In this document: positions 1-8,998 of the stretch, in pieces
Layout: each line of letters begins with the position of its first letter
Numbering within the stretch: position 1 is the stretch's first letter
IMG/VR virus record: IMGVR_UViG_3300022926_001670
Location: 1 to 34,904 of that record
Direction: 5' to 3' (one strand)
DNA from: a virus
Taxonomy: Duplodnaviria > Caudoviricetes
DNA: 34,904 nt
Made by a program: the position numbers and the translations under genes
The notes under the pieces: model-generated
What the model was told of the DNA's origin: nothing
Database searches by the model: none
Seen by the model: the letters and a program-made list of their open reading frames with translations, nothing else

Positions 1-886
1 AACGGCTGATATAAATTTGTGGGATAGTACATATGGTACATACATTTTAAAAGTCTACATCACAGATGACATCCTGGATATGGAAACCGCAGGCACTTTA
101 TATGGTTCAGCATCCGCACCCACATATTCATCGGCACCAACTGCCGCACAGTTACAATCAAGAACTGACGCCAGGAACATCACACCCAACGGCAATGAGA
201 TCTACATCACACAGTCAGGCAACAATCTGGATCTGGACATTGTGCAATACGACAACGATCAGTTGGTGGCTGGCACAGGATCAACCAGTTCAAATTTAAC
301 AGACGCCACGATCACGGGAGATGACAACACCGTGGCAATCACGCAGGGAAATTCAGCGGGATCATTCAGTGACAACAACGTCACACTGTTGGACATCAAC
401 GGCACCAACAACTCAGTCACTGTGAGACAGGGTGACAACGTGGATGACGCGGGTGGGCATCGCAGTTCAACCAACGTGGTAGGCAACTACAACACCTTAG
501 GTATTCTACAGGAGAACGATGGTGGTATAGGCTCTTCGGGACACTACATGGAGATAGATATCGCAGGCAACTCAAACACTGCCTATGCTGATCAAAAGGA
601 CGATGGTGACAAGATGCTGTTCCTGGACGTGAATGGAGCCAGCAACACTGTGGATATCCTACAACAGGGCACGGGAGAACACTTCTTAGATGTTACTGTG
701 GGCAGTAATCAAACTGTGGACATCAATCAGGATGGTTCTGGATCGCACTCTGCCACCATTGATATGTCAGGCTATTCTGCCACGCTGGATCTGGATCAAA
801 CAGGCTCCACTGATCAAACATATTCTCTCAATCAGATCTGTACCAATGCCAACGGTTGCGGTACCACCACAGTGAATCAGAATTAA
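1..886 (+). CDS. Curlin-repeat (CsgA/CsgB-like) beta-solenoid protein, 5'-truncated by the window
   Basis: The frame is open from position 2, so the TTG at 17 is probably not the true start. Repeats of about 22 aa of type GxxNTxxIxQxG (ITGDDNTVAITQG, INGTNNSVTVRQG, IAGNSNTAYADQ, VNGASNTVDILQQG). Ends with CTNANGC. Confidence 0.75.
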   Translation, partial: TADINLWDSTYGTYILKVYITDDILDMETAGTLYGSASAPTYSSAPTAAQLQSRTDARNITPNGNEIYITQSGNNLDLDIVQYDNDQLVAGTGSTSSNLTDATITGDDNTVAITQGNSAGSFSDNNVTLLDINGTNNSVTVRQGDNVDDAGGHRSSTNVVGNYNTLGILQENDGGIGSSGHYMEIDIAGNSNTAYADQKDDGDKMLFLDVNGASNTVDILQQGTGEHFLDVTVGSNQTVDINQDGSGSHSATIDMSGYSATLDLDQTGSTDQTYSLNQICTNANGCGTTTVNQN

Positions 887-914
887 GCACTCATTTAAAA
901 TAAATACACACATA

Positions 915-1118
915 ATGATTAAACAGTTTTTCATCATACTGCTCTTCACCACAGGCGTTTGGGCCAACGATATCTATATGCAACAAACTCCAGAAAATCC
1001 TCAAGCAGACAAGCCAGCATTTATAGAAGAAAAACCTGTAACTTCTGAAAAAGAATTGATATCGCCTCCACAAAAAGAATTTTGTTCTGTAATAGCAGGG
1101 TGTTATGAAGCTCAGTAA
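915..1118 (+). CDS. Small secreted hypothetical protein
   Basis: Signal peptide (MIKQFFIILLFTTGVWA). TAAATA at 901-906. Overlaps the start of the cyclase gene. Confidence 0.6.
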   Translation: MIKQFFIILLFTTGVWANDIYMQQTPENPQADKPAFIEEKPVTSEKELISPPQKEFCSVIAGCYEAQ

Positions 1119-3156
1119 ATTTTTCACACATTGGATATTCAGCATTGTTATATTAGCAGTCATAATGTTATGGGGTTATTCTGATCCTTTTGTAAAACAA
1201 ACAGCCAGACTGAAATCTTTTGATCTTGTGCAAAAATATGACGTACCCACACTGTCGCAAGACATAGCCATTGTGGAGATAGATGAGAAGTCTATATCAC
1301 AATACGGACAGTGGCCTTGGAAGCGAGATGTGATAGCAGACATCATATGGAGACTGCGTGAAGCAGGTGCAGGAGTTATTGTGTTGCCCATACTGTTTTC
1401 AGAAGAAGACAGATTGGGTGGAGATGATGCTTTGGTTCAAGCAATCAAAGACAACGGTGTGGTCATAGCACAGGTAGGAACCACACAAACAAATAAAAAT
1501 GCTGTGCCGAGAGGTGTTGCTAAAATAGGTGATCCTATGCCTTGGCTGTTTGAATGGCCAGGTATGTTGGGACCAATAGAAACACTAGGTAACACAGCCG
1601 CAGGAGTGGGAGTGTTGAACACAGCACCTGAGATTGATGGTGTTGTGAGAAGACTGCCACTGTTGATGCGAGTGGACACAGAAACATATCCCAGCATAGC
1701 CATAGAAACAATTCGTGTGGCAGTGGGAGATCCAAGTTACCAGGTTAAAACAGGTGAAGGTGGAATCATAGCACTGCGAGTTCCTCAATACAAAACTATT
1801 CAAACAGATGCCAATGCTCGTATATGGTTGCGTTGGAACAAAGAATTCATAACAGTCAGTGCCGTAGACAATTTCAAATCACTGCAAGGTAAAACAGTGA
1901 TTATAGGAATCACAGCAGAAGGATTGGGCAGTGTGATTGCCACACCCAACGGAGAGAAGTATGCTCATATGTTGCCAGCCACAGCATTACAAACCATCAT
2001 CAATGGTGACAACATTGTGCGTTTTGATTATGCAACATTTGTTGAGTATGTGGGCACAGCATTAATTGCCTTGATATTAATTTTTGCGGCGGCTTATGCA
2101 CCTTATTGGTTGATTGGTGGCTTGTTGGTTTTGTTGTACACCAGTTCTGCTTATGGCAGTTACTTTGCTTTCACAAGACATCTTCAACTGTGGGACGTCA
2201 GTTGGTTATGGTTGGTCACAATCATAGTGAGTTTCCATGCTGTGTTCAATAGGTTTGTGATAGAGTTCTTTCAAAAGCAACAGATTAAGAAACAGTTTGG
2301 AGGATATGCTTCACCAACTGTGGTTGAGATGTTACAGAAAAATCCTGCTCTAATCAAACAAGGTGTTAAAAAAGAAGTTTCAATATGCTTCTCGGATCTC
2401 AGAGGATTCACTCCATTGGGAGAATCATTTGGTGATGATGTAAAAGGTTTGACCGAAATAATGAATGGTTACATGGATGCTATCACACAACCTGTATTGG
2501 ATGCTAATGGTATGATCATAAAGTATATCGGTGATGCTTCCATGCACATTCACAATGCTCCTATTGATGATGAAAATCATCCACGCACAGCAGTTCAAAC
2601 AGGTTTGAATATGTTAAAAGCAGTGAAAGAATTTAATAAAAAAATAACATCACAAGGAAGACCTCCAATTGGCATGGGTGCTGGTATCAATACAGGCTTG
2701 GGATATATCGGAGAGATGGGTAGCACACAACGACATTCATATGATGTGTTGGGTGATGCTGTGTCCACCACAGCCAGACTGGAGTCACAGTGTAAGAATT
2801 ATGGAGTGCTGTTGATAGTTGGACCTGAAACAGTGCGAAGAACTGAAAATGATTTCTTATATTTAAAACTGGATGATTTGGCTGTGAAAGGTAAAACAGT
2901 GGGATTAGAAATTTACACAGTGTTGGATCTTAACAAAAACAATTACTCAGCAGAAATTAAAAAACACAATCAGATGCATGAGCTGTATAGAAAACAAGAA
3001 TTTAAAAAAGCCATTTCTAAATGTAAACTGTTGAAAGAAGACTTTAAAGGTCAAATGAAAGGTTATTATGATATGTGGATTGAAAGATGTGAATTCATGA
3101 TGACCCAACAACTTCCGAAAGATTGGGATGGCATTTTTAGAGCTACCACAAAATAG
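1105..3156 (+). CDS. CHASE2-domain membrane class III adenylate/guanylate cyclase
   Basis: CHASE2 motifs (IDEKSISQYGQWPWKR, DGVVRRLPL), three TM helices, and cyclase motifs FSDLRGFT, KYIGD, GINTG, YDVLGDAVSTTARLES. Confidence 0.93.
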   Translation: MKLSKFFTHWIFSIVILAVIMLWGYSDPFVKQTARLKSFDLVQKYDVPTLSQDIAIVEIDEKSISQYGQWPWKRDVIADIIWRLREAGAGVIVLPILFSEEDRLGGDDALVQAIKDNGVVIAQVGTTQTNKNAVPRGVAKIGDPMPWLFEWPGMLGPIETLGNTAAGVGVLNTAPEIDGVVRRLPLLMRVDTETYPSIAIETIRVAVGDPSYQVKTGEGGIIALRVPQYKTIQTDANARIWLRWNKEFITVSAVDNFKSLQGKTVIIGITAEGLGSVIATPNGEKYAHMLPATALQTIINGDNIVRFDYATFVEYVGTALIALILIFAAAYAPYWLIGGLLVLLYTSSAYGSYFAFTRHLQLWDVSWLWLVTIIVSFHAVFNRFVIEFFQKQQIKKQFGGYASPTVVEMLQKNPALIKQGVKKEVSICFSDLRGFTPLGESFGDDVKGLTEIMNGYMDAITQPVLDANGMIIKYIGDASMHIHNAPIDDENHPRTAVQTGLNMLKAVKEFNKKITSQGRPPIGMGAGINTGLGYIGEMGSTQRHSYDVLGDAVSTTARLESQCKNYGVLLIVGPETVRRTENDFLYLKLDDLAVKGKTVGLEIYTVLDLNKNNYSAEIKKHNQMHELYRKQEFKKAISKCKLLKEDFKGQMKGYYDMWIERCEFMMTQQLPKDWDGIFRATTK

Positions 3157-3411
3157 TTATTTTTTCTTTTTATTCGATTTTTCTTTTTGTTCAAGAATCA
3201 TGTTTAACTTTTGAGTTAAACGTATCATGTCATTGTCCAACATTCTCACCCTGTCTATCAGTGCAATCAGTGTTTTGTTGGCTTCACCCAGCACAGGTTT
3301 GATTTCTTTGGTTACCCATGTCCACACATAGTAAACAAAGTATCCTAAACCAAATGCGGCAATGATTGGAAATCCAAATTCTTTAATTGCTGTTGCCAGT
3401 TCTACTGTCAT
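3157..3411 (-). CDS. Small membrane protein, YvrJ/holin-like (paralog of the adjacent gene)
   Basis: FGFPI motif, one TM helix, coiled-coil tail LIDRVRMLDNDMIRL. Confidence 0.7.
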   Translation of the reverse strand: MTVELATAIKEFGFPIIAAFGLGYFVYYVWTWVTKEIKPVLGEANKTLIALIDRVRMLDNDMIRLTQKLNMILEQKEKSNKKKK

Positions 3412-3689
3412 TAGTCTTTCCTTGCGTCTTCTTTGCCTTCGTTAGCGGCAATGCGATCCACATTGGGTTTGACACCTGTCACGTGTGACAACAACGCATC
3501 TATTTTGATCAAGTCGTTGTTCATGGTCTGAACTCTGTTGTCCAGTGCTTGAATGATATTCTTAAGACCATTCACCGATCCTGTCACAGTTGCCAATATG
3601 AATTTTAAGATGATGAATATGAATATACCAGATGCCACAGCACCTGCTATTGGAAAACCTACATCTGCTACAAATTGTAAAAAGTTCAT
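3411..3689 (-). CDS. Small membrane protein, YvrJ/holin-like
   Basis: VGFPI motif, one TM helix, LDNRVQTMNNDLIKI. TAATG coupling with the next gene. TAAATA upstream at 3698-3703 on the minus strand. Confidence 0.7.
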   Translation of the reverse strand: MNFLQFVADVGFPIAGAVASGIFIFIILKFILATVTGSVNGLKNIIQALDNRVQTMNNDLIKIDALLSHVTGVKPNVDRIAANEGKEDARKD

Positions 3690-3710
3690 TATGTAGGTAT
3701 TTATCTACTA

Positions 3711-3872
3711 TTAGAATACTAAAGACAGCATCCAAACTAATGTGAGAGTGGGTACTGTACACATCAGTATCAAAGTCTTGTTCTTCTTCCATTTTGATTT
3801 GATGGTAGATTTAGACTTTTTGGTAATACCGTATGTGATTGTTTTCCATTCACAATGATTATAAGGCCACAT
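3711..3872 (-). CDS. Hypothetical 53-aa protein with a C-terminal hydrophobic helix
   Basis: ATG at 3872 (MWPYNHCEW...) after a purine-rich leader. Fills the gap in the minus-strand block. Confidence 0.55.
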   Translation of the reverse strand: MWPYNHCEWKTITYGITKKSKSTIKSKWKKNKTLILMCTVPTLTLVWMLSLVF

Positions 3873-3892
3873 ATTTTTCTTTCTTTTGTACA

Positions 3893-3927
3893 CTTTGGGC
3901 CCATAGTCGAAACTATTAGGCCCAAAG
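3893..3927 (-). terminator. Intergenic hairpin with a UUCG loop (terminator or stability element)
   Basis: Minus strand reads CTTTGGGCC-TA-ATAGT-TTCG-ACTAT-G-GGCCCAAAG. No U-tract follows. Confidence 0.5.
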
Positions 3928-3942
3928 GTTGTGTGTTGCTGA

Positions 3943-4329
3943 TTACTTCTTGCTTACGCCGTTGAAGAATGCTTCAGTAAATTTCTGTACATTCTGTTGG
4001 TATGCTTTGAAGTTTTCTTGAATTGATTCAGGTTTGATTGATTCCTGAACTTTTTCATTGAACTTCTTCACATTTTCCATAAGCATCTGAGTGTTTTCAC
4101 CAATTGAAGCACCGTTCGTTACGAACTCATTGAACTTTTGTGCAGTTGCAATGATGTCTTCTGGTGTGATTGAAGGATACTTAAATTCAGTAACCACTTG
4201 ATCACCTTCTTTTCTTACAGATTGTTCGTACTCGTTGTACTTGATTGAGTAATTGAACTCGGCGATTGATTTCGCTAGTCCTAATAGATCGGCTCTTATT
4301 TCGTAGCCATTTCTTGTGTTGTTTGCCAT
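3943..4329 (-). CDS. Hypothetical phage protein with a helical C-terminus
   Basis: Strong RBS (AAAGGAGA), TAAATA at 4398-4403 on the minus strand, many C-ending codons. Confidence 0.8.
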   Translation of the reverse strand: MANNTRNGYEIRADLLGLAKSIAEFNYSIKYNEYEQSVRKEGDQVVTEFKYPSITPEDIIATAQKFNEFVTNGASIGENTQMLMENVKKFNEKVQESIKPESIQENFKAYQQNVQKFTEAFFNGVSKK

Positions 4330-4450
4330 TGTCTTTCTCCTTTGTTTGTGTGTTTGTGTGTCGTTATATTAACAATGTGCTAGTAATATAACATGATTAT
4401 TTATGTTTGTCAACCAGCAAAATGTATATTATAGGGTTCAATAATAACGA

Positions 4451-4479
4451 TTGACAACCAAAAACAAGTGTGTTAAACT
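4451..4479 (+). promoter_or_regulatory. Sigma70-type promoter
   Basis: TTGACA-N17-TAAACT with an extended -10 TG. Confidence 0.55.
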
Positions 4480-4540
4480 ATGAACACTTACTTTATATTC
4501 GTGGACATAACGGTAAATAGTTAAAAGCAGGGTAGTACAT

Positions 4541-4807
4541 ATGAAAAAACGTACCAGAAGTATATTAGATGAGTTGAGAAACATTGGTAGAATCAATGAT
4601 ACCGAAGCCTTTATCGAAACAACAGGCTCCAATATTATTGAAAGTGCTGTCAACTTGCTCAACACCATTAGAGAGAATTATCCTGAAGAACAGGCAGTGG
4701 AGTTAGAAAGACGTTTTTTAAATTCTATCCGTAACAAAGAAGCAAAAAAGTTTCAAGTTGGTGTCAAAAAAATAATTGAAAGTAAAAAGTCAAATGATGA
4801 TTCTTAA
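4541..4807 (+). CDS. Hypothetical phage protein
   Basis: ORF preceded by TAAATA (4514-4519). Overlaps the next gene. Confidence 0.75.
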   Translation: MKKRTRSILDELRNIGRINDTEAFIETTGSNIIESAVNLLNTIRENYPEEQAVELERRFLNSIRNKEAKKFQVGVKKIIESKKSNDDS

Positions 4808-5543
4808 AGAAGGTGGCAATGTTTTTAAAGATCCTAATGGACAATTAGCCACTCAAAGAATCAATCAAGCAGATGTGGCTCCCACACTAGCCTGGTTGGA
4901 AAAAATTGTTGGTTTAGACCTACAAGGCAACACACTGGGCACAACAGGCAAGGCTCCCACATCAGGAGATTTAGATGTTGCCATAGATCAATCAAAAACT
5001 TCAAAAGATCAATTGGCAGACAAATTGAGTCAGTGGGCGATACAGAACAAACAAGATCCTAAACAATGGGTGGCAAAGAGCGGTATATCTGTACACTTCA
5101 AAACTCCTATCAGAGGCAGTGCTAAGAATGGCTTTGTACAAACTGATTTGATGTTTGGCGATCCAGACTGGATGCGTTGGAGTTTGCAAGGTGGTGAAGT
5201 AGGTTCAGACTACAAAGGTGCAGACAGACACGTGATGATTGCTTCTATAGCCAAACCTCAAGGTTATAAATGGAGTCATAAATCAGGATTGTTGAATAGA
5301 GAGACCAACGAACCTATCACAAAAGATCCTAACAAAATTGCTGAATTACTTTTAGGCAAAGGAGCAACTGCCAATGATTTAAACAGCGTGGAAACTATTC
5401 ATAAAAAAATTAAAAGCAGAAGCGACTATGATAAGTTAGTGGCAGATGTGAAAGACTCATTTGCCAAAGTAGGTAAAACATTACCTGAGAGTGCTGGACC
5501 AATTGCTTGGTTTAGAGCCATGGCAAATAACATTAAAATATGA
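4794..5543 (+). CDS. Pol-beta-superfamily nucleotidyltransferase-like protein
   Basis: LGTTGK...SGDLDVAID fits hG[S/T]-x-DxD, with a third Asp in VQTDLM. Start reassigned to ATG 4794 (MMILKEGG). Confidence 0.7.
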   Translation: MMILKEGGNVFKDPNGQLATQRINQADVAPTLAWLEKIVGLDLQGNTLGTTGKAPTSGDLDVAIDQSKTSKDQLADKLSQWAIQNKQDPKQWVAKSGISVHFKTPIRGSAKNGFVQTDLMFGDPDWMRWSLQGGEVGSDYKGADRHVMIASIAKPQGYKWSHKSGLLNRETNEPITKDPNKIAELLLGKGATANDLNSVETIHKKIKSRSDYDKLVADVKDSFAKVGKTLPESAGPIAWFRAMANNIKI

Positions 5544-6673
5544 GATTAGTTGAATTTAAAGAAATAGACAAGAAAAATCTAGCACTGAAAGAATCTAGAA
5601 TACAACACGCAGAAGATTTAATTTTCTGGGAAGGTTCTAAAGGTGTTGCTAGAGCAATTCAACAACTGGAACAATTAAGCAAAAGCACACAATCACTCAC
5701 AATCAAATGGGACGGATCACCTGCTGTGGTGTTTGGTAGAAATCCTAATGGTGAATTTATTTTTACAGACAAAGCAGGCTTTGTGGCAAAAAGTTATGAT
5801 GGTAGAGCAACCAATCCAGAAGACTTGAAAGGTGCTATCATGCAGAGAGGTAAAGATCCTACCAAACGAAAAGCACAGGCTCAATATGCTTCTAAGATGG
5901 CTTCTGTGTTTGACACCGTGGCTAAGGCAGTGCCAGAAAACTTTCAAGGATACTTTGTGGGAGATATGTTGTATTTTTCAACTCCTAAGAAAGCAGGCAA
6001 TCAATTTGTGTTCAAACCCAATGTGGTTGAATACAGAGTGGATGCGAACAGTGAACTGGGACAAAAGATAGCACAAAGCAAAGTGGGTGTAGTAATACAT
6101 CACACCATGAGTGAAGCAGGCAAAGTGTTGCCTATAAAAGATTTAGAAATGATACAGGGAGATGTGTTGGCAATACCTCCAACCACTGTGAACAAAAAAC
6201 AACCAATTCAAGTCAAAGGATTGGATCAACTCAAATCGTTGGTCAGCAATAGTGGAGCAGAAATAGATGTACTATTGAATAAAAATAAATTAGCACAAAT
6301 GAAATTAACAGATTTACCCAACATACTCTACACTTATACCAACAGCAAAGTGGATACAGGATTAACTAGACTGGGAGAAGACTTTATCAAGTGGCTTCAA
6401 AGCAGTTCAGTGTCTGCTCCTAAAAAAGCAAAGATCACAGAATATGTGAAAGGTAATATAAAAGCATTCAGCAAACTTTGGATTTTAGTTGGCGGGATAA
6501 TGAAAGTAAAAGACAGCATAATCAATCAGTTGGATCGATCACAAGGAGATATTAGTGCTACAATAAATGGAAAACCTGGCGGAGAAGGCTATGTGTTGGG
6601 TTCACCAGAAGGCAATATCAAATTGGTCAACAGATCCGGCTTCACCAAAGCCAACAGAGCGATAAATAGATAA
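5540..6673 (+). CDS. Ligase/capping-enzyme-like covalent nucleotidyltransferase (resembles DUF6267)
   Basis: Motif I TIKWDG, motif III-like FVGDML, motif IV GEGYV, motif V IKLV. ATGA overlap with the upstream gene. Confidence 0.6.
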   Translation: MRLVEFKEIDKKNLALKESRIQHAEDLIFWEGSKGVARAIQQLEQLSKSTQSLTIKWDGSPAVVFGRNPNGEFIFTDKAGFVAKSYDGRATNPEDLKGAIMQRGKDPTKRKAQAQYASKMASVFDTVAKAVPENFQGYFVGDMLYFSTPKKAGNQFVFKPNVVEYRVDANSELGQKIAQSKVGVVIHHTMSEAGKVLPIKDLEMIQGDVLAIPPTTVNKKQPIQVKGLDQLKSLVSNSGAEIDVLLNKNKLAQMKLTDLPNILYTYTNSKVDTGLTRLGEDFIKWLQSSSVSAPKKAKITEYVKGNIKAFSKLWILVGGIMKVKDSIINQLDRSQGDISATINGKPGGEGYVLGSPEGNIKLVNRSGFTKANRAINR

Positions 6674-6683
6674 GGAGAACACA

Positions 6684-7073
6684 ATGAAAGCAAAAGAATT
6701 TATTAAAGAGTTTAGAGACATAGATCCAGCAGATGATCCAAATTTTGGTATGGACAAAGAATTCAAGCAGGATTCTGTGTTCAATCAATTGGGCAAGATA
6801 TTAGACAGCAGAGGAAATCCAAATCCGTTAGACACAGTTGTGACTGATGATGGTAAAAAGTTCAAAGTGAATTTTCAACAAGCCACAGTGTTAAGAAGAT
6901 TGTTGACTGCACCAAGTGTAAAACCTCAAATTAAGTCACAGTTCACAAAAGACTTACAACAGAGTGCTACTCTTGAAAAATATTTACAAGCAGATGACAT
7001 GGTAGAGCTGTTTCTTTCTACGTATAATCCAGAAAAAACAGAACCTAGTCCATACACCAAATACGACGACTAA
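6684..7073 (+). CDS. Hypothetical protein, probably an internal head protein
   Basis: AAGGAG RBS, TAAATA at 6663-6668, N-terminus MKAKEFIKE. Confidence 0.75.
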   Translation: MKAKEFIKEFRDIDPADDPNFGMDKEFKQDSVFNQLGKILDSRGNPNPLDTVVTDDGKKFKVNFQQATVLRRLLTAPSVKPQIKSQFTKDLQQSATLEKYLQADDMVELFLSTYNPEKTEPSPYTKYDD

Positions 7074-7082
7074 CCATAGGAT

Positions 7083-7997
7083 TTGTCAGATTTAGATATG
7101 ACAAAACAAACTCAAGATACAGAAGCAACAATGGACTTTGTCAGTTCACTTTTTGAAGCACGTATGACTCGTGATTCAAGCGATCAGAAAGTGTTAACTT
7201 ACACAGACTGTTCTGAAAGATTGTATCTAACACTTTTGATTTTACAACTGTTGAATCAATATCCTACATACAGACAGTTGGCTTCCAAATATGCTAGAGA
7301 CACCAAACACAGCAATTACGATAGATTTAGAATGTATTCTACTGATCTATACAACTTTGTGTATTTTGTAACAGGCAACGAAGAAGCATTGAACAAATTG
7401 AAAGATCCTGAAAGTGCCAAAGCGATGCGTAAGAAAAGTTCTTTTCCTACAATGGCTTTCAATAGATATTTGATGGCTTTACAACAAGGATTAATTGCTC
7501 CCAGTATCATGCAGGTGTTTCTTAACATTGAAAATGGTTTAAGAATCAGTAACACAGACTACAAAAATATTAGACGAAATGTGTTTTTGTTTAACTCAAT
7601 CACAGAACGTGAGAAACAAAATTTAGTCACAAGATTATTACACGCGGCAAGAGCCAAATTGAGAAGTTCAGACATTATAGAATATCTTGAAAAATTAGCC
7701 TCTGATAGGAATCTTGAAACTGGTAGAGTTGATGATAGAGAACCAACAATCAGTATTCCTGATATTAGTACACAAGGTAGAGATTTAGCCATGTATAGAT
7801 ATATTGTGGGAGGGTCTAATCTTGTAGCAACCAAACGTTTTATTGACCTAGCATTGAACGGTAAATCCATTCCAGGTAGTTTGGTACAAGCATACCTACC
7901 AGCAATTAAAATGATAGACGATATTGTGAAAGCAGGGCCATCTTTTGTTAGTGTGCTCAAGGCATTACAATCTAGAGCTCAAAAGAGCCGAAAATAA
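7083..7997 (+). CDS. Hypothetical phage protein (start may be ATG 7098 or 7131)
   Basis: Long ORF in the late block. SLFE-AR near the N-terminus. Confidence 0.75.
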   Translation: MSDLDMTKQTQDTEATMDFVSSLFEARMTRDSSDQKVLTYTDCSERLYLTLLILQLLNQYPTYRQLASKYARDTKHSNYDRFRMYSTDLYNFVYFVTGNEEALNKLKDPESAKAMRKKSSFPTMAFNRYLMALQQGLIAPSIMQVFLNIENGLRISNTDYKNIRRNVFLFNSITEREKQNLVTRLLHAARAKLRSSDIIEYLEKLASDRNLETGRVDDREPTISIPDISTQGRDLAMYRYIVGGSNLVATKRFIDLALNGKSIPGSLVQAYLPAIKMIDDIVKAGPSFVSVLKALQSRAQKSRK

Positions 7998-8095
7998 TAT
8001 AGTAGCACACAAATCTTACCAAAAATCGCTAAATATCTTTAACCAATCCACTGAGCGTGGATGGCCATTAAAAAAGAGAAAAAAGGAGAAAAACA

Positions 8096-8398
8096 ATGGC
8101 AAGTAGATCAAACCCAGCAACTACTAAAGCAGGTAACGGATTAGGTCCAGTTACTAGAATCGTAACAGTAGTAAACTCTGGTCAAACTCAAGAAGAGTTA
8201 GACACAGCAATCAGAAACCTACAAAACGGTGTTACAATATCTAGCGTATTTTACCCAGGCGCAACAGTAGCCGGTATGACTGCGTTAGCAGACACTGTAC
8301 ACGTTGCATTACAAGGTGGAGTTGCTCCAGAAGGAACAGCATCATCTTACGCTACAGACACAACTGTAACTGTAATTGCTACTTTTGACCAAGCGTAA
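8096..8398 (+). CDS. Small Thr/Ala/Val-rich protein, probably an abundant virion protein
   Basis: TAAATA at 8030-8035, 5' hairpin ATCCAC/GTGGAT, AAAGGAG RBS and its own terminator. Confidence 0.7.
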   Translation: MASRSNPATTKAGNGLGPVTRIVTVVNSGQTQEELDTAIRNLQNGVTISSVFYPGATVAGMTALADTVHVALQGGVAPEGTASSYATDTTVTVIATFDQA

Positions 8399-8420
8399 TC
8401 GTTAGGTTAGAACGAACACG

Positions 8421-8455
8421 AAAAGAGCGTTCAGGAAACTGGACGCTCTTTTTTT
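8421..8455 (+). terminator. Rho-independent terminator
   Basis: AAAAGAGCGTTCAG-GAAA-CTGGACGCTCTTTTTTT. Confidence 0.9.
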
Positions 8456-8491
8456 ATGACATATAAGTAAATGTGCTAGGAACAACAGCAC

Positions 8492-8896
8492 ATGAGATAC
8501 AAAATATTATCACTGTTAGATATCACAAAGACAATGGCAAGGCGTAATCGTTCAGAAGACGATAAGTCTATCGATCAATATGCCAACTACATGACATTTG
8601 AAAACTCATTACAATTGAGATCCAACGTTAGTATCATAGCAGGACCCACAGTAGAAAAAATAGACATCAGCAACTTGAAGTTTGGTGACAATTACAAAGG
8701 AGAACACAATGTCTGGACTGTGTTGATAGAACCAGATTTTCCTGATGCTGTGAAGCAAGAATATTTTGAAGAGGACTTGGATTTAATTCCCATGCTGACT
8801 GGTCTGGATGAAACCATCAACATCAAAACTGGTGTGTATAGAACCACAGATAGCGATTACACCAACTTGATATTCATTAAACAGATAGATAATTAA
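8492..8896 (+). CDS. Hypothetical phage protein
   Basis: ORF with AGGA RBS. Confidence 0.75.
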   Translation: MRYKILSLLDITKTMARRNRSEDDKSIDQYANYMTFENSLQLRSNVSIIAGPTVEKIDISNLKFGDNYKGEHNVWTVLIEPDFPDAVKQEYFEEDLDLIPMLTGLDETINIKTGVYRTTDSDYTNLIFIKQIDN

Positions 8897-8907
8897 TTCA
8901 CAGCAGA

Positions 8908-8915
8908 TATAAATA
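8908..8915 (+). promoter_or_regulatory. T4-type late promoter
   Basis: Exact TATAAATA in an intergenic region. The TAAATA core recurs before many genes. Confidence 0.65.
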
Positions 8916-8998
8916 ATAGTGTTAGGCGCAAATAGGCATAATACAAGGCATCTTCCAAGAGAAATACAACTGATAAACTAAACGGAAGAAAGAGAAAA

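Noticed and set aside
4742-4750. In-frame A_AAA_AAG in the 88-aa ORF
   Set aside because: The -1 frame closes within about ten codons and does not join the next gene. This shows the heptamer alone is not sufficient evidence.
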